Below are positions 1-7,628 of a DNA stretch of 32,000 nt, in pieces. The stretch's first letter is position 1; every line of letters starts with the position of its first letter. A program made the position numbers and the translations under genes. Source of the DNA: Pseudomonas aeruginosa (GTDB taxonomy: Bacteria; Pseudomonadota; Gammaproteobacteria; Pseudomonadales; Pseudomonadaceae). Location: assembly GCF_001457615.1 (NCBI RefSeq), contig NZ_LN831024.1, positions 3,960,001-3,992,000 on the forward strand, written 5' to 3'. The notes below the pieces were generated by a model. That model ran no database searches and had not been told where the DNA came from. It was given only the letters and a program-made list of their open reading frames with translations.

Positions 1-494
1 GGCGCCTCCAGTTCGTCGAGCGCCGCAGCGATTGCTTCGATGGTCGACAGCGCGCCCTCTCCCGGCGCCTTGCGCAGGCGATAACGCGACGCCATGCCTT
101 CGGCCAGGCTCACCCGCGGCAGGGCCGCCAGGGCCGGGTTCAGGTGCAGGAGCTTGCGCGCCTTGCGCCAGGTGCCGTCCGGCACCACCAGCAGGAGGGG
201 CTCGCCGGCGGCCTCGGCGGCCATCTCTGCCAGCGCACGCGCCTGCTCGCCGGGAAACAGCAGGCAGGCCCGGTAGCCCGGTACCCGCCAGGTCTCCTCG
301 GCGAAACGCTCGCCAACCCGCAGCTCCGCATTGCACAAGCCGAGGACGGCCAATCCTGCGGTATTCAACGCGTGCCCGACCTCGCTGGGGTGCTGCAGGA
401 CCAGCACCCGCGTACGCGACGGCAAGGAGGGAATCAGCGCGCAGAGGCAATGGCTGGCGGGGCGAGCGCAACGCTCGCAGCGGATACGTGGCAT
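1..494 (-). CDS. DTW-domain protein (tRNA-uridine aminocarboxypropyltransferase TapT/YfiP family); 3' end cut by the window edge
   Basis: Absent from the ORF track because it runs off the window. My reverse-complement reading from ATG (494..492) is stop-free to position 1: MPRIRCERCARPASHCLCALIPSLPSRTRVLVLQHPSEVGHALNTAG...LLLVVPDGTWRKARKLL...RLRKAPGEGALSTIEAIAAAL. The N-terminal Cys cluster and the DGTW motif are DTW-family hallmarks. GGAG (505..502) lies 7 nt upstream of the ATG. Confidence 0.8.
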   Translation of the reverse strand, partial: MPRIRCERCARPASHCLCALIPSLPSRTRVLVLQHPSEVGHALNTAGLAVLGLCNAELRVGERFAEETWRVPGYRACLLFPGEQARALAEMAAEAAGEPLLLVVPDGTWRKARKLLHLNPALAALPRVSLAEGMASRYRLRKAPGEGALSTIEAIAAALDELEA

Positions 495-606
495 GGGACG
501 ACTCCTGGAAGGGGCCCAGTGTGCCACAGGCGGAGGGGCTTCCTCTCACTCGCAAAAACGTCATATTTCCGACGAATGGCGGTAATTTGTTTCACCCATT
601 AAGAAT

Positions 607-625
607 AACGACGAATTTTGTCGTT
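607..625. promoter_or_regulatory. Candidate operator in the divergent DTW-gene / bdlA promoter region (AACGAC-N7-GTCGTT dyad, plus the direct repeat CGACGAAT at 570..577 and 609..616)
   Basis: The only AT-rich stretch in this part of the window is about 555..650. The dyad and the repeated octamer were read directly from the sequence. No known regulator is assigned. Confidence 0.25.
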
Positions 626-787
626 CGATGAAAAAATACAATCGTCCCACCCTCTCAACTCCCGCCCATCGGCGCCGAAGACAGGATGAGCCCCTCTCTC
701 TATCCAAGGATTTTTCTCATGTTCACTCGCAAGTACCGACAGATGAACGCCGACTTGCAACAGCAACTCGCCGCCGAGCGCCTGCAC

Positions 788-2041
788 ATGGCGGCCCTGG
801 ACCGCTCCATGGCGCGCGTGGAGTTCAATCCGGACGGCAATATCACCGATGCCAATGAGAATTTCCTGACCCTGCTGGGCTACCGCCGCGACGAGATCCT
901 CGGCAAACCGCATCGCCAGCTTTGCGACGGCGCCTACGCGCAATCGGAAGACTACCGGCGCTTCTGGGAACGCCTGCGGCGCGGCGAACACTTTTCCGGC
1001 CGCTGCAAGCGCATTACCCGCGAGGGCCGGCCACTCTGGCTGGAAGCCACCTACAACCCCGTACGCGACGGGCAGGGTCGACTGCTGAAGGTGGTCAAGT
1101 ACGCCAGCGACATCGATGCCATCGTCCACCAGGAACACGAGATGCAGAGCAAGCTGGATGCCCTGTCCCGCTCGATGGCGATGATCGAGTTCGACCTCGA
1201 CGGCAATGTCCTCGCGGCCAACGACAACTTCCTCGCCACCATGGGCTATGGCCGAGCCGAGCTGGCCAGCGCCAACCACCGTCAGTTCTGCGAACCGGGC
1301 TACCGCGACGGCCCGCAGTACGCCGACCTCTGGCGCCGCCTGAACCGCGGCGAGTACGTCACCGGGCAGTTCCGCCGGGTCCACCGCAACGGCCAGCCGG
1401 TCTGGCTGGAAGCCAGCTACAACCCGGTCTACGACGCCGACGGCAAGCTCTACAAGGTGGTCAAGTTCGCCAGCGATGTCAGCGACCGCATGCGCCGCTA
1501 CCAGGCCGAGGCGGACAACGCCCACCAGGCCCATACCCTGTCCACCGAGACCCGCACGGTCGCCGAACACGGCGCGCTGATCATCCAGAGCGCGGTGGAG
1601 GAAATGCTCAAGATCGCGAATACCCTGGATGCTTCCTCGCTGAACATCGGCGAACTGTCACAGCACTCGCAACAGATCACCTCGATCGTCAACACCATCC
1701 GCGAGATCGCCGAGCAGACCAACCTGCTCGCCCTCAATGCCGCCATCGAGGCCGCCCGCGCCGGCGACCAGGGTCGCGGCTTCGCCGTGGTGGCCGACGA
1801 GGTGCGGCAACTGGCGGAACGCACCAGCAAGTCGACCAAGGAGATCGCCGACATGATCGGTCGCATCCAGACCGGCACCCGCAGCGTCATCGACGACATG
1901 CAGCACAGCCAGGAACAGGCGCGGCGCGGCGTGGAGCTGGCCAACGAGGCCGGCGCGGCGATCCTCGGCATCCGCGAGAGCACGCACAAGGTGGTAGAAG
2001 CGGTGCAGCAGTTCTCGCGCACCCTCAACGCCGATCTCTAG
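788..2041 (+). CDS. bdlA: Cytoplasmic chemotaxis-transducer-like protein with two PAS domains and an MCP signalling domain (biofilm dispersion locus protein BdlA)
   Basis: ORF 686..2041. There are two PAS-like repeats ([18 protein letters not shown]... and [18 protein letters not shown]...) and no TM segment. The C-terminal region carries the highly conserved MCP domain ([38 protein letters not shown]). A start at ATG 788 gives the 417-aa form that I recall as the PAO1 PA1423 annotation. In-frame ATGs also occur at 719 (AAGGA 8 nt upstream) and 743. Confidence 0.9.
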   Translation: MAALDRSMARVEFNPDGNITDANENFLTLLGYRRDEILGKPHRQLCDGAYAQSEDYRRFWERLRRGEHFSGRCKRITREGRPLWLEATYNPVRDGQGRLLKVVKYASDIDAIVHQEHEMQSKLDALSRSMAMIEFDLDGNVLAANDNFLATMGYGRAELASANHRQFCEPGYRDGPQYADLWRRLNRGEYVTGQFRRVHRNGQPVWLEASYNPVYDADGKLYKVVKFASDVSDRMRRYQAEADNAHQAHTLSTETRTVAEHGALIIQSAVEEMLKIANTLDASSLNIGELSQHSQQITSIVNTIREIAEQTNLLALNAAIEAARAGDQGRGFAVVADEVRQLAERTSKSTKEIADMIGRIQTGTRSVIDDMQHSQEQARRGVELANEAGAAILGIRESTHKVVEAVQQFSRTLNADL

Positions 2042-2044
2042 GGC

Positions 2045-2938
2045 TCAGGCCAGGCTCATCTGCGTCCGCAACTGGTCGCGGAAGGCCTGGATCAGCGGCT
2101 CGCGCGAGCGGCCGCGACGGAGGATCAGGGAGAATGGCGCCTGGTAGCCGAAGGTCGCCGGCAGCAGGGCGCGCAGGCGCCCCTGCTCGACCCACGGGTG
2201 GGCGTAGTGCTCCGGCAGGTAACCGATGTAGCCGCCGGAAAGGATCAGGATCAGTTGCGCCTCCATGCTCTCCACCGTTCCCGCGCTGTGCTTGAATCCG
2301 TGCCGGGCCAGCTCGGCCTGGCTCCAGTAGCCGCGGCCGACCATGCGTTGCTGGGTGATCAGATCGGCGGGAATTCTCCGCCCGTCGAACAGCGGATGCC
2401 GGTCGCTGCAGTACAGCCAGTGCTGTTCGCGGTACAGCGGCTGGTAGACCAGTCCGTTCATGCGACTGGAAAAGGCGCCGATAGCCAGGTCCTGGCGGTT
2501 CTCCAGCACGCTCAGTTGCAGTTCGTAGGGGCTCTGCACCAGCAGGTGCAGGTGAACCGCCGGGTGTTCGCGGCTGAAGGCGCCGATCACCTCGGCCAGC
2601 GGCAGCGCCGGGTCGCTCACCGTGGAATCGAGCACGCCGAGGTTCAGGGTGCCGCGCAGCTCGCCCTTCAACGCCAGCGCGTAGCGTTCGAAGCCTTCCA
2701 GTTCGCCGAGGATGCGCAAGGTTTCCTGGTGGAACAGCTCGCCCTTGCTGGTCAGGCTGAAGCCACCGCGGCCACGGTGGCAGAGCACGATGCCGAGCTG
2801 GTTCTCCAGTTGGCTCATGTAGGTGCTGATCGCCGAGGTCGACAGGTTCAACTCCTGCTGGGCGGCGGCGAAGCCCTGGTGGCGCACCACCGCGGCGAAG
2901 ATGCGCAACAGGCGCAGGTCGGGCAAGGCGTTGGACAC
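2045..2938 (-). CDS. gbuR: LysR-family transcriptional regulator, divergent from gbuA (GbuR)
   Basis: ORF 2045..3124 is trimmed to GTG at 2938, which has GGAG 5 nt upstream. This gives 297 aa starting (M)SNALPDLRLLRIFAAVVRHQGFAAAQQELNLSTSAISTYMSQLE, a typical LysR wHTH N-terminus. It is divergently arranged with the guanidinobutyrase gene. Confidence 0.88.
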   Translation of the reverse strand: MSNALPDLRLLRIFAAVVRHQGFAAAQQELNLSTSAISTYMSQLENQLGIVLCHRGRGGFSLTSKGELFHQETLRILGELEGFERYALALKGELRGTLNLGVLDSTVSDPALPLAEVIGAFSREHPAVHLHLLVQSPYELQLSVLENRQDLAIGAFSSRMNGLVYQPLYREQHWLYCSDRHPLFDGRRIPADLITQQRMVGRGYWSQAELARHGFKHSAGTVESMEAQLILILSGGYIGYLPEHYAHPWVEQGRLRALLPATFGYQAPFSLILRRGRSREPLIQAFRDQLRTQMSLA

Positions 2939-3040
2939 GGCGACTCCGGTTTGCGGGCGAGGATTTCGGACAGCAGGCCGAGGCAAAGGCCGCCGTCCGG
3001 GCTCGGCGGCGAAGTCTAGCCGCTTCGCCGTTAGTTTAGA

Positions 3041-3101
3041 AATCTCTGAACTGATTATTTGTAGCCAGCGATTTGACTCGCTACCGGCTGTGAAGAGAAT
3101 C
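3041..3101 (+). promoter_or_regulatory. Candidate GbuR-binding dyad (AATC-N8-GATT, 3041..3056) and candidate gbuA promoter (-35 TTGACT 3073..3078, 17-nt spacer, weak -10 AGAATC 3096..3101)
   Basis: This lies in the AT-rich core of the 206-bp gbuR-gbuA intergenic region. The dyad and hexamers were read directly. The weak -10 would fit an activator-dependent promoter. No experimental mapping is known to me. Confidence 0.3.
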
Positions 3102-3144
3102 CGTCCGACCCCTAAAACAACCACAACGACCGTGAGGCCACCCC

Positions 3145-4104
3145 GTGGACAAGAATCTCCACCAGCCCCTGGGCGGCAATGAAATGCCCCGCTTCGGCGG
3201 CATCGCCACCATGATGCGCCTGCCCCATGTCCAGTCCCCCGCCGAACTCGACGCCCTCGATGCCGCCTTCGTCGGCGTGCCCCTCGACATCGGCACCTCC
3301 CTGCGCTCCGGTACCCGCTTCGGCCCCCGCGAGATCCGCGCCGAATCGGTGATGATCCGTCCCTACAACATGGCCACCGGCGCCGCCCCCTTCGACTCGC
3401 TGAACGTGGCGGACATCGGCGACGTCGCGATCAACACCTTCAACCTGCTGGAAGCCGTGCGCATCATCGAGCAGGAATACGACCGCATCCTCGGTCACGG
3501 CATCCTCCCGCTGACCCTCGGCGGCGACCACACCATCACCCTGCCGATCCTCCGCGCGATCAAGAAGAAGCACGGCAAGGTCGGCCTGGTCCACGTCGAC
3601 GCCCACGCCGACGTCAACGACCACATGTTCGGCGAGAAGATCGCCCACGGCACCACCTTCCGCCGCGCGGTGGAAGAAGACCTGCTGGATTGCGACCGTG
3701 TTGTGCAGATCGGCCTGCGCGCCCAGGGCTACACCGCCGAGGACTTCAACTGGAGCCGCAAGCAGGGCTTCCGCGTGGTGCAGGCCGAGGAGTGCTGGCA
3801 CAAGTCGCTGGAGCCGCTGATGGCCGAGGTCCGCGAGAAGGTCGGCGGCGGCCCCGTCTACCTGAGCTTCGACATCGACGGCATCGACCCGGCCTGGGCG
3901 CCCGGCACCGGCACCCCGGAAATCGGCGGCCTGACCACCATCCAGGCGATGGAAATCATCCGCGGCTGCCAGGGCCTGGACCTGATCGGCTGCGACCTGG
4001 TCGAAGTCTCGCCGCCCTACGACACCACCGGCAACACTTCGTTGCTGGGCGCCAATCTGCTCTATGAAATGCTCTGCGTCCTCCCGGGCGTGGCGCGTCG
4101 CTGA
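3145..4104 (+). CDS. gbuA: Guanidinobutyrase (ureohydrolase/arginase-agmatinase family; 4-guanidinobutyrate to 4-aminobutyrate plus urea)
   Basis: ORF of 319 aa starting at GTG 3145. It carries ureohydrolase metal-binding motifs (LTLGGDHTITLPIL, VHVDAHADVND, LSFDIDGIDP). It sits next to a divergent LysR gene, as at the described P. aeruginosa gbuRA locus. Confidence 0.92.
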   Translation: MDKNLHQPLGGNEMPRFGGIATMMRLPHVQSPAELDALDAAFVGVPLDIGTSLRSGTRFGPREIRAESVMIRPYNMATGAAPFDSLNVADIGDVAINTFNLLEAVRIIEQEYDRILGHGILPLTLGGDHTITLPILRAIKKKHGKVGLVHVDAHADVNDHMFGEKIAHGTTFRRAVEEDLLDCDRVVQIGLRAQGYTAEDFNWSRKQGFRVVQAEECWHKSLEPLMAEVREKVGGGPVYLSFDIDGIDPAWAPGTGTPEIGGLTTIQAMEIIRGCQGLDLIGCDLVEVSPPYDTTGNTSLLGANLLYEMLCVLPGVARR

Positions 4105-4118
4105 GCCGTAGCGCGACC

Positions 4119-4538
4119 ATGACCGACGACCGCGTCGAACAGGTGCTGGAGGCCGCCCGCCGACTGGTGGCGGCCTTCGCCCGCAACGATGCCGAGGCCT
4201 ATTTCGCCGCCTTCAGCGAGGACGCCAGCTTCATCTTCCACAACTGGCCTCAGCCGCTGCGCTCGCGCGCGGCCTACCGCAAGTTGTGGGAGCGCTGGCG
4301 ACGCGAGGACGGCTTCGAAGTGCTGGCGTGCGAATCCAGCAATACCTGCGTCAGCCTGCAAGGCGACCTGGCGATCTTCAGCCACGATGTCGCCACCCGG
4401 CTGCGCCTCCAGGGAACGGAAAGCCTGAACCGGGAACGGGAAACCATCCTGTTCCGCCTAGAACAACAAGAAGGCCGTTGGCTGGCCTGCCATGAGCACT
4501 TGTCGGCGATGCCGGAGTACCTGCCATCGACTAGCTAG
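4119..4538 (+). CDS. NTF2-fold / SnoaL-like (DUF4440-like) small protein, function unknown
   Basis: ORF of 139 aa, 14 nt downstream of gbuA on the same strand. Its size and N-terminal pattern (VLEAARRLVAAFARNDAEAYFAAFSEDASFIF) are typical of NTF2-like domains. Confidence 0.75.
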   Translation: MTDDRVEQVLEAARRLVAAFARNDAEAYFAAFSEDASFIFHNWPQPLRSRAAYRKLWERWRREDGFEVLACESSNTCVSLQGDLAIFSHDVATRLRLQGTESLNRERETILFRLEQQEGRWLACHEHLSAMPEYLPSTS

Positions 4539-4556
4539 CTCTCCCGGGAGAACGTC

Positions 4557-6068
4557 ATGGATAACAACAATAACCAACACGCAATCACACGCATCGAAAC
4601 CTTCGGGGTCGAACAGATTCCCGACCACGAACGCAACGCCACGCCGGTCGATCTGTTCCGCATGATCTTCGGCGGCGCCAATACCTTCGCCACCGCCGTG
4701 CTCGGCAGCTTTCCGGTGCTCTTCGGGCTGTCCTTCCAGGCCGGGCTGTGGGCGATCCTGCTGGGCGTCACGCTGGGCGCGCTGATCCTCGCCCCGATGG
4801 GCCTGTTCGGCCCGCTCAACGGCACCAACAACGCGGTCTCCTCCGGCGCGCACTTCGGCGTGCACGGGCGCATCGTCGGCTCCTTCCTCTCGCTGCTGAC
4901 CGCCATCGCCTTCTTCTCGCTCTCGGTGTGGAGTTCCGGCGATGCCCTGGTCGGCGGCGCCCGGCGCCTGGTCGGCCTGGAAGAGAGCGAACTGAACCTG
5001 GGCCTGGCCTACGGCCTGTTCGCCGTGCTGGTGCTGACCGTATGCATCTACGGCTTCCGCTTCATGCTGCTGGTCAACAGGATCGCCGTGTGGGCCGCCA
5101 GCCTGCTGTTCCTGCTCGGCCTGTTCGCCTTCGCCGGCCCCTTCGACGCCGCCTACGCCGGCAGCGTGCAGCTCGGCCAGCCGGGCTTCTGGGCCGCCTT
5201 CATCGGCGCCACCCTGCTGGCCATGAGCAACCCGATCTCCTTCGGCGCCTTCCTGGGCGACTGGGCCCGCTACATCCCGCGCCAGACCTCGCAGGCACGG
5301 ATCATGCTGGCGGTGATCGGCGCGCAGCTGGCGACCCTGGTTCCCTTCCTGTTCGGCCTCGCCACCGCGACCATCGTCGCCGTCCGCGCGCCGGACTACA
5401 TCGCTGCCAACAACTACGTCGGCGGCCTGCTGGCCATCGCTCCCGGCTGGTTCTTCCTGCCGGTATGCCTGATCGCGGTGATCGGCGGCATGTCCACCGG
5501 CACCACTTCGCTGTACGGCACCGGGCTGGACATGTCCAGCGTGTTCCCGCGCCTGCTCTCGCGGGTGCAGGCCACGGTGCTGATCGGGGTCGCCTCGATC
5601 GGCTTCATCTTCGTCGGCCGCTTCGCCTTCAACCTGGTGCAGAGCGTCTCTACCTTCGCCGTGCTGATCGTCACCTGCACCACCCCGTGGATGGTGATCA
5701 TGCTGATCGGCCTGCTGACCCGTCGCGGCTTCTACCGCCCGGACGACCTGCAGGTGTTCACCCGCGGCCAGCGCGGCGGCGCCTACTGGTTCGAGCACGG
5801 CTGGAACTGGCGCGGAATGGGTGCCTGGATTCCCAGCGCGGCAGCCGGCCTGGCCTTCGTCAACCTGCCGGGGCAATTCGTCGGTCCGCTCGGCGAACTG
5901 GCCGGCGGCATCGACCTCAGCCTGCCGGTCGCCCTCGGCCTGGCCGCCCTGCTCTACCTGGCACTGCTGCGCCTGTTCCCGGAACCGCCTTGCGTCTATG
6001 GCCCGCGAGGACCGCGCTGGGTGCGCGCGCACGGCACGCGGAGGGCACCGGCGATAGCCACCGCCTGA
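4557..6068 (+). CDS. NCS1-family (purine-cytosine / nucleobase-cation symporter-1 type) permease
   Basis: ORF of 503 aa that is polytopic and hydrophobic throughout (about 12 TM segments). GGGAGA SD lies 6 nt upstream of the ATG. The family call rests on overall resemblance to CodB/cytosine-permease-like proteins, not on a search. Confidence 0.8.
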   Translation: MDNNNNQHAITRIETFGVEQIPDHERNATPVDLFRMIFGGANTFATAVLGSFPVLFGLSFQAGLWAILLGVTLGALILAPMGLFGPLNGTNNAVSSGAHFGVHGRIVGSFLSLLTAIAFFSLSVWSSGDALVGGARRLVGLEESELNLGLAYGLFAVLVLTVCIYGFRFMLLVNRIAVWAASLLFLLGLFAFAGPFDAAYAGSVQLGQPGFWAAFIGATLLAMSNPISFGAFLGDWARYIPRQTSQARIMLAVIGAQLATLVPFLFGLATATIVAVRAPDYIAANNYVGGLLAIAPGWFFLPVCLIAVIGGMSTGTTSLYGTGLDMSSVFPRLLSRVQATVLIGVASIGFIFVGRFAFNLVQSVSTFAVLIVTCTTPWMVIMLIGLLTRRGFYRPDDLQVFTRGQRGGAYWFEHGWNWRGMGAWIPSAAAGLAFVNLPGQFVGPLGELAGGIDLSLPVALGLAALLYLALLRLFPEPPCVYGPRGPRWVRAHGTRRAPAIATA

Positions 6069-6085
6069 GGTGGGGTACACACACG

Positions 6086-6125
6086 GCGGGACGCCAGCGT
6101 CCCGCGCTTCCGGCGCCTCGCCGGA
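6086..6125 (+). other. Two tandem GC-rich stem-loops between the two transporter genes (GCGGGACG-ccag-CGTCCCGC at 6086..6105; TCCGGCG-cct-CGCCGGA at 6109..6125), with no U-tract
   Basis: The inverted repeats were read directly. They begin 18 nt after the NCS1 permease stop codon. With no T-run they are not a classic terminator; they may be an mRNA processing or stability element. Confidence 0.35.
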
Positions 6126-6161
6126 TACAACAATGACAATGAGAAACTTGGGAGACCTGAT

Positions 6162-7553
6162 ATGGCCCTCGACATATTCGTCGTTCTGATCTACGCCGCG
6201 GGCATGATCGCGCTGGGCTGGTACGGCATGCGCCGCGCCAAGACCCGCGACGACTACCTGGTGGCCGGCCGCAACCTCGGCCCCGGCTTCTACCTGGGAA
6301 CCATGGCCGCCACCGTCCTCGGCGGCGCCTCCACCATCGGCACCGTGCGCCTGGGCTACGTCCATGGCATCTCCGGCTTCTGGCTGTGCGGCGCGATCGG
6401 CCTCGGCATCGTCGGCCTCAGCCTGTTCCTGGCCAAGCCGCTGCTGAAGCTGAAGATCTACACCGTCACCCAGGTCCTGGAGCGTCGCTACAACCCCGCC
6501 GCGCGCCACGCCAGCGCCCTGATCATGCTGGTCTACGCACTGATGATCGGCGCCACCTCGACCATCGCCATCGGCACCGTCATGCAGGTCCTGTTCGGCC
6601 TGCCGTTCTGGGTCTCGATCCTGATCGGCGGCGGCGTCGTGGTGCTCTACTCCACCATCGGCGGCATGTGGTCGCTGACCCTGACCGACATCGTGCAGTT
6701 CCTGATCATGACCGTCGGCCTGGTGTTCCTGCTGATGCCGCTGTCGATCAACGACGCCGGCGGCTGGGACGCCCTGGTAGCCAAGCTGCCGGCCAGCTAC
6801 TTCGACTTCACCGCGATCGGCTGGGACACCATCGTCACCTACTTCCTGATCTACTTCTTCGGCATCTTCATCGGCCAGGACATCTGGCAGCGGGTGTTCA
6901 CCGCCCGCAGCGAGACCGTGGCCAAGGTCGCCGGCTCCGCCGCCGGTATCTACTGCGTGCTCTACGGCATGGCCGGGGCGCTGATCGGGATGGCCGCCAA
7001 GGTCCTGCTGCCGGACCTGGAGAACGTCAACAACGCCTTCGCCAGTGTGGTCGAGCACAGCCTGCCGAACGGCATCCGCGGCCTGGTCATCGCCGCCGCC
7101 CTGGCGGCGCTGATGTCCACCGCCAGCGCCGGCCTGCTGGCGGCGTCCACCACCGTCACCCAGGACCTGCTGCCGCGCCTGCGACGCGGCCGCGGCCAGT
7201 CCGACAACGGCGACGTGCACGAGAACCGCATCGCGACCCTGCTGCTGGGCCTGGTAGTGCTCGGCATCGCCCTGGTGGTCAGCGACGTGATCAGCGCCCT
7301 GACCGTGGCCTACAACCTGCTGGTAGGCGGCATGCTGATCCCGCTGATCGGCGCGATCTACTGGAAGCGCGCCACCACCGCCGGCGCCATCACCAGCATG
7401 ACCCTGGGCTTCCTTACCGTGCTGGTGTTCATGATCAAGGATGGCCTCGACGCCAATACGCCGATCTACTACAGCCTGGCGGTCGGCCTGCTCAGCTTCG
7501 TCCTGGTCAGCCTGTTCTCGCGGCGCCCGACGGGTGTCGCCAGCGCCGCCTGA
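6162..7553 (+). CDS. Sodium:solute symporter (SSS) family transporter
   Basis: ORF of 463 aa, polytopic. GGGAGA SD lies 7 nt upstream of the ATG. It has SSS-like features (N-terminal MIALGWYGMRRAKTRDDYLVAGRNLG and Gly-rich helices). Confidence 0.85.
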   Translation: MALDIFVVLIYAAGMIALGWYGMRRAKTRDDYLVAGRNLGPGFYLGTMAATVLGGASTIGTVRLGYVHGISGFWLCGAIGLGIVGLSLFLAKPLLKLKIYTVTQVLERRYNPAARHASALIMLVYALMIGATSTIAIGTVMQVLFGLPFWVSILIGGGVVVLYSTIGGMWSLTLTDIVQFLIMTVGLVFLLMPLSINDAGGWDALVAKLPASYFDFTAIGWDTIVTYFLIYFFGIFIGQDIWQRVFTARSETVAKVAGSAAGIYCVLYGMAGALIGMAAKVLLPDLENVNNAFASVVEHSLPNGIRGLVIAAALAALMSTASAGLLAASTTVTQDLLPRLRRGRGQSDNGDVHENRIATLLLGLVVLGIALVVSDVISALTVAYNLLVGGMLIPLIGAIYWKRATTAGAITSMTLGFLTVLVFMIKDGLDANTPIYYSLAVGLLSFVLVSLFSRRPTGVASAA

Positions 7554-7572
7554 ACCAGGCACAACCCCGACA

Positions 7573-7597
7573 GGCGAGGGACTTTCCCTCGCCTTTT
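7573..7597 (+). terminator. Rho-independent terminator after the SSS transporter gene
   Basis: GGCGAGGGA-ctt-TCCCTCGCC is a perfect 9-bp stem with a 3-nt loop, followed directly by TTTT. It starts 20 nt after the stop codon. Confidence 0.7.
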
Positions 7598-7628
7598 CCA
7601 TTCCCGAGAACATGAAAAAGGAACGGCC

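Noticed and set aside
599-1570. Other long antisense or off-frame track ORFs, for example 599..1570(-), 922..2295(+), 9055..10656(-), 14497..16134(+), 15966..17246(-), 16070..17350(+), 17629..19521(-), 21425..22957(-), 22381..23586(+), 25818..27251(-) and 26288..28669(+).
   Set aside because: Each overlaps a gene whose product has clear family motifs in another frame or strand. Their translations are Arg/Pro/Gly/Ala-rich with no domain signatures, so they are GC-bias artefacts.
2939-3124. N-terminal extensions of several track ORFs: gbuR to 3124, the LysR gene to 12653, the MFS gene from 12674, the EamA gene to 14861, the binding protein to 16290, the OMT from 24741, SnoaL from 25496, the 75-aa gene from 23646, and the MBL gene within 9414..11399.
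   Set aside because: The extensions lack SD sites, run through promoter regions or neighbouring genes, and precede canonical family N-termini or signal peptides that begin at internal, SD-preceded start codons.
6069-7628. Guanidine-responsive riboswitches (ykkC, mini-ykkC, ykkC-III) in the intergenic hairpins of the gbuA cluster.
   Set aside because: The hairpin loops are ccag, cct and ctt, not the ACGR loops of mini-ykkC, and no larger conserved ykkC-like architecture is visible. In addition, GbuA releases urea, not guanidine.
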